This document shows, in pieces, positions 61,891 through 64,000 of a DNA stretch of 64,000 nucleotides; the stretch's first letter is position 1, and every line of letters begins with the position of its first letter. The notes under the pieces were generated by a model. It was given only the letters and a program-made list of their open reading frames with translations. It was not told the DNA's origin and ran no database searches. Location of the stretch: the NCBI GenBank assembly GCA_024137785.1, contig JAHRHZ010000030.1, forward strand, positions 36,378,037-36,442,036. Direction: 5' to 3'. Both the position numbers and the translations under genes were made by a program. This DNA is from Ginglymostoma cirratum (Eukaryota).

Positions 61891-64000
61891 ACATTCACGG
61901 AGGAAAAAAAAATTATCCTGGTTAAAATTGTACAAAAAATATACTGAAGCATCAAGTAGTCAGCAGTTATACTTAATCCCTACAGCAACTATTACAAAAA
62001 TTACAGGGAATTATCAAGTTTCAAGCAGACAAAAGGACAAAGATGCTATGAAAAGCTGAGCAAGATATTTGAAATAATTAAAATACATTAGAGATTATCC
62101 CAGTAGGTATAACTACAGCAGCAATGACAGAAGTAGAAACAGCGAAACAAAGTGTTCCTTTATAGCAATCCTAAATAAAAGGTGAGCACTCACAACACAA
62201 CACAGAAACATTTCACAATAAGCCTCTTCATTTGGAGAACACATGACCCTGTTTATAATTACTGCTACTAAATAGATGTTCTGAAATTTATACGACTAGT
62301 GCAATGACACGCTCTCACTCTTTCTTGTACTGAACAGGCTCTGTGTATCAGTAGCAATGGTACTGGTTCCAGTGTCATGCATTTTAAACAATACCATGCA
62401 GTGTTTTGGAAACTGCAGTTTTCTCTAATTTTCTAATATCTAAAATCTTCAAGGACAAGTAGGAACAATTCTGAAAGTGATGGGTAATTTCACCAACATC
62501 TGTTTTCATCTGGACAGCTAGAAGTAGACTTCCACTCTATATTCATATGTAACACACTGGCAAGCATGGTAGTTCAAGGAAGGTAGGCATGACTAACAAA
62601 TCCTGTGAACATACTGTGTCACCATTCCAAATGTGCATTTTTAAATTTCTGGTGCAAGAAAATGACCAGTCTAGTTTTCAGCTTTAGGTGCATGGGCTTG
62701 CTCCATTTTGGGAACCAGAAAGTGGAAGCTCAGTGTTTTCAAACTTAGTCCCAGTTAACTTCCGCTGAAGTCTTTCTACTTTCATTGCTGTTTACGGATC
62801 TAACAGATTGCAATTAGCTACATGCTGGTTAAAGCATAATGGTAGCGCTTGCATCCTCATTCTGGCCTTATCAAGACAGATTTTGTAGCTGATACTGTCT
62901 ATTCTAACAACTTAAACAACACATTTTCTTCTGAAAGATTTATTCTGGCAGCAGGTTGCTATGCATCATTCATTCATGAGTAGGGCAGGAACATAGTGCA
63001 ATTGAACAAGGTATATCGTACTCCATTTTGTGGCACATTCTCTTCCAGAATATAAGACTGCATATTCAAGTTGCTATGGAAACGCAAATTTAATTTTGTC
63101 ATGAAATACTGCTGCCTTCTATATGTTGAATTGTGAGCTCTATTCTGTCAGTATGCTATGTACTTATATCTTCAGCCATGGCGGGGACGACACATCTTAC
63201 AATTTATAGCATCACAAGAAACAGTGAATGGGAGACCTCTAGCTTGAGGTCATTTTTCCATTGACTTTATAATTTTCAACTGTCATATTAAATGGTTTAC
63301 AATTTAATGCAAATATGTTTTTGTTGGACAAAAATAACCCTTTTACAAGTCACTGTGTGACAATGAATTCTTTGTGGGTATTAATTAAATGATGGTTTGC
63401 AAATTGGTAATAGGTACTGATATACCAGTTAGAAGCTTGCTGATTACTCTAAAACAGTTGATTCTAATCACAAAGCAAGGTAAAACATCTAATTGTGTCT
63501 CTGAGGTAGGGTGTGTGACAATGAACAATACTCATGGTAAATCATGGAGAAGGTCATGCTCCAATTGGCCCAATTGTTGTAATTGCTTTTTAATTTATTA
63601 CTTTACATTTTGTAGAGCAGTAACTTGGTAAACGTTGATTAATATTGTAATAAAATGGATTTCATGAGATGTATGCATTAAAAAAACACTAAAAATAGTT
63701 CACATAATAAAAACCTATTTTCTGTTCCTGTCAGAGCACAGCATTCAACTCCTTAGCAAACAAAGAAATAATTAATTGAAAACATAATTTATACAGTTCA
63801 AGTCCCCAAAGGTTTCAGTTGAATTTTTGGAACTTCCTCAAATGTCTGTAGCCAAATTCATTTATTGTAACTCCCAATATAGATGGGTTCACCCTGGGGG
63901 CTGTGACCACAAAGTCTGCTTTTAGTCAGCTGTCTTTAAAAGCAGTGCCCAAGATTGTAAAAACCTGAATTATGCTCAAAATTCTGTAATTCTTTGAATG

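Noticed and set aside
59710-64000. Search for the next upstream RELCH exon (VLEFELRKAKETIQALRANL) or a promoter
   Set aside because: Not found, and no CpG island; these lie beyond the window.
1-64000. CRISPR arrays, operons or other prokaryotic systems
   Set aside because: The sequence is a spliced vertebrate locus with no regularly spaced repeat-spacer array.

Overview
Eukaryotic, AT-rich, repeat-dense genomic DNA, most likely from a cartilaginous fish (shark); the taxon is inferred from the CR1, SINE and Penelope repeat content. The whole window lies inside one minus-strand gene, RELCH (KIAA1468; RAB11-binding, LisH, coiled-coil and HEAT-repeat protein). I traced 25 phase-consistent coding exons between 59698 and 865 (2884 nt, about 960 codons); the first exons and the last exon are outside the window. 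Splicing features: a pair of duplicated 83-nt mutually exclusive exons with distant branch points, a candidate 24-nt microexon, a U12-type intron, and a duplicated donor that would add a stop codon. The introns hold many CR1 LINE fragments, tRNA-derived SINEs, a solo LTR with a target-site duplication, a Rex1/Babar-like fragment, and short, often inverted-repeat, Penelope-derived elements carrying minimal hammerhead ribozyme motifs (one copy looks intact). There is one 100-N gap. All calls come from manual reading and recalled homology; no searches were run, and repeat boundaries are approximate.
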